A program made the translations under genes and the position numbers. A DNA stretch of 64,000 nucleotides from Paramecium tetraurelia (lineage: Eukaryota), in assembly GCA_000165425.1 (NCBI GenBank), contig CT868009.1, positions 62,001-126,000 of the forward strand. The letters are read 5' to 3'. Of this stretch, positions 13,365-26,710 are shown piece by piece. The notes under the pieces are model-generated. The model worked only from the letters and a program-made list of their open reading frames with translations, was not told the DNA's origin and searched no databases. Numbering within the stretch: the first letter of the stretch is position 1; each line of letters begins with the position of its first letter.

Positions 13365-14856
13365 TCATTCTTAAAAAAATAGCAATACTTCTGACTTTGT
13401 AGTTCTGTGTTATAGTTTATAGTTGAATTAAAACTATTGATTTTGCTTTCTCTCCAACATGGGATAGTTGACCAAAGACTTATCCTTCTTGCTTTGCTCC
13501 AAAATTAAGTTATCCAACTCATCAAATTCGAATTGATGTAAACTATTAATTTTTGGGCTTTATAACGGACTGGGTATTATTTATAACTGCTTGGTATTTG
13601 GGGAGGAGAGTTGTGAGCCTGTGCTTACTAAAGTGTTACTCACTCCACTTCTTTGAAATCTTCCATAATCTGAATTGAAAATCTTATGATTAAGAGCCTG
13701 TGCTGCAGTAAATCTATGGAAAGGATTTCTAGAAAGCAAACTTTATAGGAAGTCCAAGCCATCCCCACTGACATTGACAATACTCCAATCGATCAATCCT
13801 TGTTTATTTAGTTTGACTCTTTTGTTGTAATCATCTGAATCAAACGGGTTTTGTCCAGTCAACATTTGAAATAGCACAATACCAGCACTATACACATCGA
13901 CTTTGAAGTCATATAGTTTGTTCTACAGCAATTCTGGTGCACAATAGCCAGGCGTTCCACAATTTGTAAATAGGTATTGGCCATCCTTCCTATAATGATC
14001 TGCCAAACCAAAATCGGTTAATACCAGTTCTTCTGAATTCCTAAACATGATGTTCTCTGGTTTAATATCTCGATGTAGAACACCAAGATTATGCATATGA
14101 TCCAAAGCAACGAGTAATTGGCGAATATTGCTAAAAGCTCTTTTTTCACTAAGTCTCTATTTTTTGATTTCTTATCGCAGATTGCCTCCCAATAACAATT
14201 CAAAAACTACAAATATAAATTGTTCGGATTCAAAGGATTCATAATATTACATTAAATTTGGATGTTCAAAGAGACGAGCTATTTCTAGTTCTTTGGCTAA
14301 AGCAATTTTATCACTTGGTAGTATCAACAAGGATTTTTCAAAAGTCTTAACAGCAAACTCCTTTTAGTTACTCTTATTCTTGACTCTATAAACCTAAGTT
14401 CTAAAAGGAATACATACCTTTCCATAAGTACCTTATCCCATTAATTTGAGAATGGAGTACTTTTGAGTGAAATTTGATTGAATGCACTACTTTTTGAGTT
14501 TATCCAACAATTCTTCTATCTTACCGTATATTTCAATATGATATTATCCAAATCCTAGTTTACATCCCTCTCCAAATACATTATGCTTTACCATTTCCAA
14601 TTGAGAATTTCCAATGTCACAAACTTTCCACTTCTATCATAATCTATATGGATAGTCTTACATGATTCCTGCACTTATAGAGGTTTTAACCTTGCAAGAA
14701 CAGACTAGTTTCCCTAAAGACTCCCAATTTGTAGGAAACATGGAAACAGCCACTTATACTTGAGTCTACTGGTTTGCTACTTGGAGACCAGAGTGAAGTT
14801 CTGTTGGATTGAAGCAAAAAGTTACAAATCTTTACAGTGTTACTATTATCGATCAT
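13365..14856 (-). CDS. Ser/Thr protein kinase, CAMK-like, with possible PH-like N-terminal domain
   Basis: GQGTYGKV, AVK, HRDIKPEN, DFG, CGTPGYCAPE, DVYSAG; several tiny introns. Confidence 0.93.
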
Positions 14857-14915
14857 TTATAATAATATAGTAATTTTCAATTACAATCTAACCCAATAAA
14901 TGTAATAATTAATTA

Positions 14916-16220
14916 ATGAAATTTTTCATTATTTCTACGTTTGCATTATGTTTATACATACTACTTGATATCCTATTAAACAATCAAATGTGGGAGGCTA
15001 ACACTGTCCTTACAGTTTATTTATAGGACCACTAATTTCCAGGAGAAAAAGAAATATTTCTGTTTTTTTCATATTCTCTGTTTGCAATGCCAGCAATAGC
15101 ATTAATAGCATTTTTGTTTTTCGACAATAAATTGGGTGCCTTGCTTTATGCTTGTTTGATTTAAGCCATCTTTGCAGAGAATTCAGTTCTCAAAAACATA
15201 TACCATCAAGCCAGACCATATTTTATCGAAGATGAAATTCAACCCTATGAGTGTAATAAAGAATTCGGGAAGCCTTCCGGTCATGCAATGTCATCATCAG
15301 CTATGTGTTTTCTAGTCCCCTGTATAATATTTCCTGTCATTTTGAAGGATCAATCAAAGTAATTCAAATTTATGAAATTATGAAATAGTTACAAATACCC
15401 ATATTATTTTAGAGTAATTATAATGTTTATAGTCACTGCTTGGACATTTATGACTGGACTCTCAAGAGTCTTCATGGGCGTCCATTCCTTCGGATAAATC
15501 CTACTCGGTTGGGTCTATACAGCCTATACCATAATAATATATTTGCGTTATTTTCACACTCCAATTTCTAATTACATCAAGTAATGCTTATAGCCTGGAT
15601 CATAAGGAGTGTCCAGTAATGTGATAAAAGGGGTGGGATTATTTGCTTTTGGATGGACGTGCTTATCAATTTTACTCTTTGAATTCAACAATAAAGTTTT
15701 CCTAGACGAAAGTGAAGTGGAGGAATGGTTGGATGCTTTGTATTAGAAGTGTGCAAACTAAACAACTCATTATAACATTAACAGCCCATAAGTTTTACAT
15801 AACATTTGTTTCAGTTTAAGCTTGTATATTTGGTTTCCTTTCAGTTTCCTTTTGGGAATCAAGTTAAGCAAAGGAATTTACAATGAAAATCAGTTCAGTA
15901 TCAATTACAAGATGCTCAATTTCTGGTAGAAGCTTAGCAGAGTATTGATCTTCCTGTTATTGCTTTCAACTTTGGTTCCTATAATTTTAATCTAATATTA
16001 AAATACTTACGCAGAAGCATTCGGAAAGGTATTCAATATTTTGATTAAAAAGATCCTTCCAACTTCCATTTTAAGTGGATTGATAATCACTTACATCTAC
16101 TCATAGATTTTAAATTACTTCAAACTTGCGATCGAGGGAGATTTTATTTAAATATCGCCCTAGTTAGTTTCAACACCAGAAGGATACAAGGCCAGCGAAT
16201 TAGGATAGTTAAACTTTTGA
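14916..16220 (+). CDS. PAP2-superfamily membrane phosphatase (glucose-6-phosphatase/lipid-phosphate-phosphatase-like)
   Basis: All three PAP2 motifs present: KNIYHQARP, PSGH, SRVFMGVHSFGQ; multiple TM segments. Confidence 0.9.
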
Positions 16221-16297
16221 AGAATTCTGGAATGTAATTTGAAAATTAAAGGTTCTCAAAATATATATTATTAAGAATTCAATATTATTATTAAATT

Positions 16298-18306
16298 ATG
16301 CAAAATCTTTATAATTAAATACCTTTATTCATAACTAGTAACGATTTTATTAATCTAGAGTGATCAAGGGATTGGATATCTTTGGATAGTCTATTACATT
16401 AAATATTAACAGATAGAAAACATATACAACCATTTTTGGAGGATTTTCATCTATTCTTATTATAGCCATTCTTATTGCATTCTTTTAATCCAATATTATA
16501 TCATTTTTCAAAAAAACAGGTGTCATTTTTTCTACTTAAACCTCATTCAATCCAAACCCTGATAAGATTGTCATGAACAGATAAAATTATATGGCTGCAT
16601 TTTCCATAGAATAACTCAATTTTGTAGATAAACCCATGTTCAATATTTCAATTGAACAAAGGTAATTGCCCATATATATTAATTTAGATCATACTAAAGA
16701 GATACTCAAGGCAATTTCATAAAATAAATTAATTATTTATAATTGGAACCATGCACATTAGATCATTTTTAATTAGTCTTAAATTAACCTGATTACGATT
16801 TCGAATAAGAATATTAGAAGCTTTAATTAAATAAATGGCTTTGTCCACAGTAATAAAATGATTATTCTACATTTTAGAAAGGATTTTTAATTTACTATAT
16901 AAGGAACATTCACTAGCAATTACTTTGATTTTATAAGAGTTATTGTAAGTGATTGTGACGATTCCTAAAGTGGATACTAGAATTGGAATCCTACTTGCGC
17001 TACCTAATCTTCGTAAGTTGAATATTTAAATACACATGAATCATTTAAGTTGTAAATCTATCAAGTCAATAATGTTGTTAATCCTAATTCTCCACAACAA
17101 TATTATTAGTCATATCTTGATGGAGAAATGTACTTTACTTTTACCCCTTAAAAATTGTCAAGATAAGCTAATTTATTTTTTAGAAAATACTAATTCTAAA
17201 ATGATGATTCCTTATTGCCATTTCAGTAAGATTTATCAATATTATTTAGATCGATTAATGAAAAAGAATTAATTGTGAGATAAAGTGTAGATTACAGAGA
17301 AATAACAGAAATAGGACGATAGGGTGATAAAAATTATGGCATTGTTTATTTAAGAAGAAGTCAATTCTCAGAATATATAGATAGGAGATTCACTAAAATC
17401 GATGAATTATTATCCTTTCTTGGGGGATTCTTATAAATCATGATTACAGGTTTCGGAATATTTATAATGTATTATAATAAATTATAATGTAACTTTATTA
17501 ATCATATACTAGTATAAATCGAATTATCAAATAAATTGTTTAACTTTCCAGAAAAATTTGGAAAAGCAAAAGTCAAGAATAATCAAGTTTAACAAACTTT
17601 AGACAGTTCAATGTATAATGATTCTAAATTTATTGTAAATTCTGAGCAAGGAGCATCTAAAGCCACTCTAGTAATTGATAAAGAAAAAAGCACACTTACA
17701 AAATCCATTTTAAAATTATTTGAACAATCTTAAAGATTAAAATTATCTCTGAAATCATTAATAAATCATTTATCATTTAAATTGATTTTTAATAATGATG
17801 AAACTAAACTGTTTTAGAAAGCCATGTATTAGATTGATCTAATATCATAGGGATACTGTCGATTAGCATTTGGACATTTAAGAAATCCTCTATTAATTGT
17901 AGGAATTATTCAAATTGAAGACATTGATATTGAAAAAGCAGTAAATAACGTTATTCAATTTTACTCCAAAACCAAATTTGACATTAAAGGATGAGGAGCA
18001 AGTTCCAAATAGATTGATGTTTGAATAAGCTCTTTCTGAGAATGAGAAACAGGGATATTAGAAAGATGAGTTAATAAGTGAACTTTACAATGTAAATCAT
18101 ACAAATAATTATACAAGGCATGGATCGAAATTAAATCAGATAAAACGTAGAATGAATGCCAATACGAATTAAATCAGAGACTTAATCAAGAATTAGGGAA
18201 TGAGATTTAATAATATTTTTAAGATTATTTGGAAACTGAGAATAATCTAAAGAAATAAAAGGAGAATTCTTAATAGAAGAGGCTAACAGAACTTTAGAAT
18301 TTATGA
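16298..18306 (+). CDS. Ciliate-type two-TM protein with large Cys-containing loop (paralog A)
   Basis: LDIFGQSITLNIN...FGGFSSILIIAILIAFF (TM1); LEPCTLDHF; WLCP; RRFTKIDELLSFLGGFLQIMITGFGIFIMYYNK (TM2); multiple tiny introns. Confidence 0.85.
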
Positions 18307-18356
18307 GACAATTATTATTTTATGTTAGAGATGTTTTTGAATGTATGAAATACAAA

Positions 18357-21300
18357 TCATGCTTCAGAATCAGGATTTACTTAACTAATCTTAATACTTC
18401 TGCGAGGAGTAAAACGTTTTCTTTGAAATACATTTTTAAGTTCAACAATTTTTGATATTGACAGTCCAGGTTTGCGACCAAGGTTTCTACTTGTTTTAAG
18501 TGAACGTTCTCTCTATTGGATTTTTAAAAACTTCATAACGTACTCAAATGGAAAGTACATATAATAGATCAGCTTATTCATGTAATTGAAATGATGAATG
18601 GGTCTGTTTCGTAGTTCCTACAAAACCTTATTGATATTGTGACTAACCATATAGAGATCGTAATTTTTAACGATTTCAAATTAATCTAACCCCTACTCTG
18701 ATTTAAATTTGAGGTAGAGCATTTCTATATCTAAAATGGAGTTGAAATTCTCTAGCTACTCATTAATAGCAGATTTCCTCATTTTTAGATAGAGTTGCTC
18801 AATTTACAATTGCATCATCTCATTAAAATCTGTTAATTAGTTTAGTTCAATGTCCAGCTAAGATTATTAGGGCTACTGTTATTGGTATTTGCTCAAGTAG
18901 TTCTTCTTATACATAGATAATTTAGCAGTAGTATATTTATTAAAAGGAGGAGGTTTAAGATCGAAGTCATAATGATTTTGTCCTCTCTTGACTGAATGAT
19001 TATTATCGTAGGAGCTTTAAGAATCCATGATGCCTTATTTTCGCCGATGATTTTGGGAATGTATCATACTGTGTATTGGACTGATAGGTTGGGGTGGAAA
19101 GTTGTTGGAGGATGAAAAGTTTTGGGATAATAGGATGGAGTCTTGTTTTCTCATAAGAATCTATTGATTAGGGTCATGAGTTGGAGGAGCAGAGATATTT
19201 TCATCTGATTTCATAGGATTTTCATCAGATTCCTATTCAAACACTAATTATTATTGCAGTTGCGATTTGATTAATTTTTGTTTTTCATTTTGGAAGTAGA
19301 GTGTAAATTATTCGATAATATCCAAATCAGTTAGGGTCTAGAATAAATCCTTGGTTCTTTTTTGAGATCTTTTCCATTCATTTCTTTCTTATGGTTTAGA
19401 GTATAGGTGTCTTTTGACGACAACTTCTCGATCAATGGTAATTTTGAGTTATGGACATCCAATGAGATCATGGTCATGTTGTTTACAGGCTGCACAATAG
19501 ACACCATAAGGTAGCTATTTTTTTAGGATACTCAATTTGATACTGTCCTTGAGTTGACAATAATGTTGATAGTCTTTGGGGAAATTGTTCAGAACTGCAA
19601 GAAAATCAATCTAATAATAATTGAAAAAGGGTATACTTTACTAAGAGTCAGCAGACTAACGTAACCAATGGCTTAGTAGCTTTGAGTGTTCTCATTTTCA
19701 GTGACGAAATCCTAAACTTAAAGGAATTATCCCTAACATTAGATTCCTTTGAGTGAATGACGATGTCGATTGAGGTATTGTAATTGACCTTACTCGACAA
19801 AGCAGAGATGTGGCTGCTTGTAATTGCCTAGTGTAAAGATGGAGAATGTGTTTTAAGGTTGTATGATAGTTCGAGCAATGTGACAAGATAGAGCATTCTA
19901 AAATTCTAGGCTAAAATTACTGGATAAAAAGGAGCAATGACTAAAAAATACACTATTTGATTATTGCCTTAACTCCTACTTCAATTCTTCTGATAATTCG
20001 CCTAATAATTATTCCTCCTATTGTAGATCTATTTCTGCCTCTTCTTTCCACCTGAAATTAAGATACTCTCGAATTCTACAATCTATGGATTATGATTACC
20101 TGTACTAGAGTCCATAGGGAATGTTTCGTTTATGCATGTATCGATTGATGACTCTTATTTTCTTAATCCTCTCAACCATGTTTTGATTGATTTCTTTGAT
20201 TATTATGCCAATCGTATTGACACTATAACTAAACCATAAGCAAGCCCCCATAATGAAAAAGATTGCTACTATCTTCTCATTCGAACTCTTAGGCACATTG
20301 TCTCCATACCCAATGGTCAACATAGTGACAATAGCAAAATAGAATGCTTCTAAGTATTGTGCTTACCATGGTTACTGATCCAAAAACTTATATTAAATCC
20401 AGGAATCCTCAATGCTCAAATTGGAGTTAAAGTACCAGATGCATGAAAACATATGTAAAATGTACATGAGGGTTAAAATCAATTTCAATAGACTGATGAT
20501 TCCTTTTTGGGATTTACTGAAGTATTGTGATTCTTCGCTCTTTTGTATGACTTCACTGATATATTTGAATTGCATCAAAGATGTAAGCAAAATAATTAGA
20601 TAATATTTTGAGATCTCTTCTCCATTTTTTATGCAATAATAAAATAATGGTGTCAGAGTTAACACATCTATAAATAACACGCTGAATATCTATTGCCGAA
20701 CGATTTCAAAGCGATCCAAAACAGCATGCCCTTTTACATAGCAGATAGTATTTAATCTTATCAACACGTCAAAAAGTAATAAAGAGGCGAGTAAAGTAGT
20801 GAGTGGCAAAATCTAATGAAATAAAATGCCAGGATTATAAGTAATCTCAAGTGGTATTAACACCAATAGGATCAATCTAATTAGTGTTATGAAGTAGTCC
20901 CACATCAATTTTTTGGGACTCTCAGGATGGAACTGAGGAATCTTTGAAAATCTCTCGTATGCGTATTTCCTCATCATTTGGTATTTCTCTTTTATAGATA
21001 CATATACGGGATTCTCAGGTTTCACCAATGTGTGTTACCGAAAAAGTCGGGAGACATTACGAATTTAAAAAACAGGACTAGCAAACTTCATTTAAGTGAG
21101 CATAACCTAACTAATGTTGAGCGCTTAATTTACTTATCAGATCCCTGATCATCAATCAGCTAAAGATGGCTCTCGTTTATATTTTGCAATTTTTATCGAT
21201 GACTTCGGATTTTCTACACAAACCGTTTCACGAAGAAGAATGCCATCAAACTAACACCAGTACGCTATGCTCTTTTTGTCCATTCTGGGAGTAAGGCCTA

Positions 21301-21492
21301 TTTAGGAGTCTAATCAACCTCATTCGTCCTTCTAGTGTCTAGTTGCGACTTGATCACAAAGTTAGGACTATTAAATGTTCCTTTTAAACCAGTATTCAAG
21401 TACTCTTGTTCATATTCCAATTCATTGATGGCTTACAATTCCTGTATTGGAGAAAAATTGTGTTGTTGGTACAAGAGATTTGATTAATTCAT
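18357..21492 (-). CDS. EAG/CNG-type voltage-gated K+ channel with cyclic-nucleotide-binding domain
   Basis: S1 WDYFITLIRL; S5 LYILHMFSCIW; pore VTMLTIGYGDNVP; C-linker INRYMHKRNIPYGL; CNBD-like region followed by a long tail. Confidence 0.92.
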
Positions 21493-21777
21493 AATTGTAT
21501 TAATAATTGCATTACATTAACTCTATTGATTGTAAATTGATTTAGAATTTTAATAAATATAATTAGGCTATATTGACAATTTATTTTAATGATGGAATTC
21601 AATCTGCGGTTTCATTTTTAGATCCAATTCTATTGATTAAGTTCTGGAAAGTAATATTCATAGAATTGTCTAATTTAATATCATCCAAGTCAATATGCTT
21701 TAATGAAATTAAGATTCCATTTTTCCAATAAATTATTTTATTGAGTTTTCCCCATTCGAATAAATATTATTTAATAA

Positions 21778-23677
21778 ATGTAACAAGACCATTAATATGA
21801 AAATACATACTACTAACCAAAAGCACTCAATATGCATCTCAGATTAACTAGTAAACCCTTTCTCTTACCCCAAACAGAAGCCAGCACTCACCGCTTTTCC
21901 TAAATAGACTACATTACAGAACCCACTTCGAGCATGGTAGATCCTCAAGGACCTTAAACTGATAGAACGCAGATCAGGAACAATAGATAGATTGTTAAAC
22001 AAATCAAACCTGCTAGAATCGAACCTGAATCCAATATTCTAAATGAAGAGAAGAACAAACTATAAACTAAGTTCAATTTACTAGACTCCTTCACCATTAG
22101 GCATTCCTAACACCAATTACAAATTAAAAATGAAATCAAACAAGATGTTTTATAGAGGAAGTTTAGTGAGCAAAAAATAGGATTTAAAGTTTAGTAATTG
22201 GATGAAGAACAAGAGTCCCATTTAATCCTTAGAAGAAATCAGTTCTTTTACACCTCTTTAAGAATAAAAGATCGCTATTCCCCATTGACTCTTCAAATAA
22301 GAATTAAACAGGGTGATCAAAATACAAGATTGAGAATATTTGCATCACCCAAATTCATCTAGCCAAATCGCTTTAATGCTTCGGTTGAAGTTAGCGGAAG
22401 GTAATTAAAATATACCTCCAACTCTGAACTCTTTTAGGAAGAAACTCTATATGTGGCAATCTTGGCACTAAACGAACTATCTATTGGTATTAACATTGAA
22501 TTTGGAAGACCAACTACTAAAAGAGTTGTGTAGAGAGAAAGAAAAGAGAAATCTGTTCATGAATTTCCTCCTGATTTAGAACTTCAAATAGAAGAAATTA
22601 TGATGAGGAGAAGACTTCGTTATGCGAATTAATAGAATTATGTAGAGCTGAATAAATGTTCCTAAATGTCTCGTAGAACTCTAGAAAAACCTTAAACTCC
22701 CAAACATTTGGAAATCAAGCAAAAAATTAGAACACTTAAAGTTGAGCAAAACTTAAAAAGAATGGCTTAATTGTAAGTTCATGACATAGCCTAATAAATC
22801 CATAGAAAATAACTAGAACTGTAAAGAGAAATAAAACATAGAGAATATGTCTAAAAGTCTTGGTTTAAGATTGTTTGTTTAATCAATATTTTAGCTCCTG
22901 GCATAAATGAATTTATAGAACATCAAAGATAATTGGTGGCTAAAAACATGAAAAAATAGATCTCTTTAATCTAATTATTAAATAAAATTAAAAAAAAAGT
23001 AGAAAAATTCGGGCCAAATTGCAAATTAAGGACAATTTTGCAAGGAAAATAGTAATATATTTTAACATTTGCATAGTTGTTTACAATTGGTTGCGAATAA
23101 TTCAAGGATGAAGGCTAAGAAAAGAGCTCAAACGATAATTACACAAATGTTGTAAAACAACATTACTTGCTTTATTACTGAGAGCAAAGGCACTCATGTT
23201 GTCAATTTAAGTAATGCGAAAAACCATATGAAGTAAAGAAATGCGTGAATCGATTAGTGAAGCACAAAATCAGTAGAATTGAGTTTATGAGCAATCTCAA
23301 ATTATACCTGAGTGTCTAGTATAAGCAGTTGTATCAAATAGCCCTTAGGTACAGTAAATAAAGTGATTCAGCTAAGAATAAAAGAGATCCTATACATTTT
23401 CTCTTATATGATGCGTAAATAAAATATTTTTATTAGTTCCTTTCTGCATTAAATGACTAAGAAATTGTTAAGTCATGTGTTTGAAAAGTGGAATAAGAAC
23501 TTCATTACTTTTAGAAATGCTACAAAAGAAGAAAGAGAAAAATAAGGCAAAAAAGGAATAGCCCTATTTTGGCAGCCTCCAAAACTTTTCGAATTACCTC
23601 AGGATATAGTAGTTAGACTTTTCTTGTTTGAAGAGCTTGAAAAGAGAGGACTAATAACTGGAGAATATAAAGAATGA
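21778..23677 (+). CDS. Unknown basic/charged protein
   Basis: Long code-6 ORF MQQDHQYENTYYQPKALN..., with tiny introns in the 3' third, ending ...LITGEYKE-TGA. Confidence 0.75.
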
Positions 23678-23841
23678 AAATTAATGACACTAATCATATT
23701 GAAATCCAGCATTATATAAAAATAATTTTAGGAATATTTTCTGGTTACTTTCACCCTAACAATATATATATATATAATTTTTTAAATATTAAGAAATTTT
23801 GGGTATTTTAAATATTTGATAAAATTATGAATTAGATTTTT

Positions 23842-26581
23842 TCATCTTGTTGTTGTATATGACCTAGATTATTATGTCTAAAATCCTTCTGCTTTAATAG
23901 TATATGCAATTAGGTATTCTGCATTGGGTTATAATGTAATTTAATATTGATTTCCCCTTTCTGGCTTTTTTAATTTTAGGCCTACCATTTTTGAAAATGT
24001 GCTTTTCACTTAAATTGCATCTTTGCCGTTGTTTTTATAATATTCATAACCAACACTAAAATAAAATAATTCAAATACCCATATTATAGAGGAAGATCTG
24101 AAATTATTTCAAGATTTTGACATCCACTTTATTCTCTCTTTGGGTTTTACATTGCTTTATCCAAGAGAACTTGTTTAATAAATGCTTGATCCTTTTAGAT
24201 CTACTTTAATTTTATTTCTTTTGGTCCGTAACTGCTAATAACAAATTATTCTTCATCCCAAAATTACCACTTCACTTTCACTTGTAAAACGTATCTACCT
24301 TTATCTAATAACTCCCCTACATAAACTTATTGATCCTATTCTTGCTTTGCGTATTCCCAGACATAACCTTACTTAGTCTAAGAAGCAAGTATCATTCTTA
24401 TAGAAGAATATTCATAATTTTTGTACTTATCTTTAAAATGTCTTGCTGATCGTTATTAAGCAGTAAAATAGTATTAACCTGCCATATCAATGTTGAAAAT
24501 GAAATAGGTAGATCTATTTGATTTACTCACAATTGTTTAAGAGGTATAAATATAGCTTTTTTAGAAATATCCAACGTAGATAGTTTTAAAATAGCGAATA
24601 AAATCTTAATAAGACATATAAAAGATTCCATCCTCTGCTTTTTCACTGACTCTTAATTGTTATTTTATTTCCTTGGTCCATGATGTACTATCATCACTCC
24701 ATTCTCCTGTCCATTCCTTTTTACCCCAAGGATTTCTCAGTTTAATCAAAGTAACCTCTCCTTTGGATGGATGCTGAATAGTTCTAATTTTTAAAATAGA
24801 ATATGCATGATCAGCAATTAAACCCATAATTTCTGAATTATTAGTTTTAGAAAATGATCCTGTTGTCATTAAACATTTTCTTTACACATTACCAATAAAT
24901 TATTCTTTAAAGTCAGGTTGATCTGTTTTCAAGCTCCAAGTTGGTCCACCAGTTAGACTTCGGATGACTTCTTTAGAATCTCCAGATATGATATTTGAAT
25001 AAGATCCAAAAGATTTGGCCCAAGCTTTCTCCATTAATAAAACCCAGATTTCTTTTGATGGGCTTTGTGAAAATGCAGGCTGATTCCCTTGGGTAGGAAT
25101 GAAATCATCAAGAATAATAGCTTTCCAAATACCATCAATGCAAAGTCTAATTGCGTAAATGCCACATGGATTCTTCGTCTAAGTTAAGAATAGATCCAAT
25201 AAAAAGTCAGGCCTATTGTATTTGTAAAATTATATTACCATCTACATGCCATTGAACTCAAAACTGATAGAAAATAGCAATCTCCTAATTACCCTTGGCA
25301 AATGTCTTTTGGACTAATCCATTTTCCTAAACCGAATCTTGATTGGGTCATATCTTTAACAAAAACCTCATATGTTGGCCAAATATCTTTTAATCGCTTC
25401 CATTAATATTGTGTTAATTTTGAACCTAAACTATATGCATTTGCTGGAAATTCAATATCTGTAAATGTTTATTTCTATTTATATAAGTCGTTAAATTTCT
25501 TGAGGAAATCTTAAACTCCTGGTATATTATAGTCTAAAATTACGTATTTCTAGAATTGTATATCAGATTTTAAAATATTGGCTTACTATGGATCTTCATA
25601 TAAAATAGATTCTAAAATAGGATTAATTTTTCTTTAAGGAGAATCTTTCAGAGGTGGTTTTATTAATTATTATTATTATTATTATTATTGTTATTATTAT
25701 TATTATTATTGTTATTATTATTATTATTATTGCTATTATTGTTATTACTATTTTTATTGTTATTATTGTTGTTATTGTTATTATTATTGTTGTTATTTTA
25801 CTTACTAATTTTATTGTTATTATTATTACTATTGCATTTATAACTTCAACTATTCTTACAAATCTTTCTTTGGTGTTTCCACTCTAGGTGATTAATAGTT
25901 ATTTTATTAGTATTAAGGTTTTTATGGCACTTAAGGTTTCTAAATTGGCGTTATTTCTTTCTGCCTTTCTTAAGTGTTTGGAGTAATAGCCCTTTTTTTG
26001 TCTGCTGAAGGATCTTGTTTTGGTTTTTAAAATGCTTTAATGCTGTTTTTCATTGAGTTGCTTTCTTACATCCAGCTCATTAGATTGTAAAGAGTAACTT
26101 TTTAAGTAGGAAATGTTGTTTTCAATTTGTTATATTCATCAGGAGACAGAGTTGGGACATAGTATTCCAAAAAGTTCTTAAACTCTTTCTCATTTAGTAA
26201 ATTATCCTAATCAAAATCAAAAATTCTAAAAACTCTCTCAATATCTTAATTCTTAATTTGAAGAGATTTTGAAATTTAATGAAAAATCTCATCTGGACTT
26301 CTTATTTTAGCATTCTGTTTTGCCAATAATTAACTGGCTTATCGAAGCAAGGCATTTAAAATATAGGCTGACATCGCTGATGCCTCATATTATAAAAGAG
26401 TTTCTAAATAAAAATTTCCTACCTCTTTTTGGGGAATTTGATCATTGAGTACTCTTATCATTAAGACGAAGTGCTATTAATCAATTACTCCACTACCAAA
26501 ACGTTTAATAATCATAATGGAATCCATTTTATTCCCAAGCTTTAATAGTGATAAGAGTATTTATTCCGAATAATTTGACAT
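23842..26581 (-). CDS. Calpain-family cysteine protease with EF-hand region and poly-Gln linker (paralog of 555..2932)
   Basis: EF loop FDFDQDNLLNEKE; QGQLGDCYFLS; DHAYSI; RNPWG; LMEKAWAKSFGSY; same two intron positions as the first calpain. Confidence 0.93.
25667..25834 (-). repeat. TAA/CAA/TAG microsatellite encoding about 50 Gln
   Basis: In the calpain frame: ...LQM-Q8-N-QQ-VK-Qn-K-Qn-LIKPPLKDSP..., which continues into the catalytic domain. Confidence 0.9.
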
Positions 26582-26710
26582 TATTTAAATTAATTAAGCC
26601 CGATATATATATAAATTATGTGTATATATATAAATAAATAGAATTAGATCATGGTTTATTTTATTCAAAAAAAGTAATTATAATAGTGTTCATTTGATTT
26701 TTTATAATTA

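Noticed and set aside
25654..25887. ORF-track poly-Ile/Val hydrophobic peptide on the + strand
   Set aside because: It is the antisense reading of the calpain poly-Gln microsatellite.
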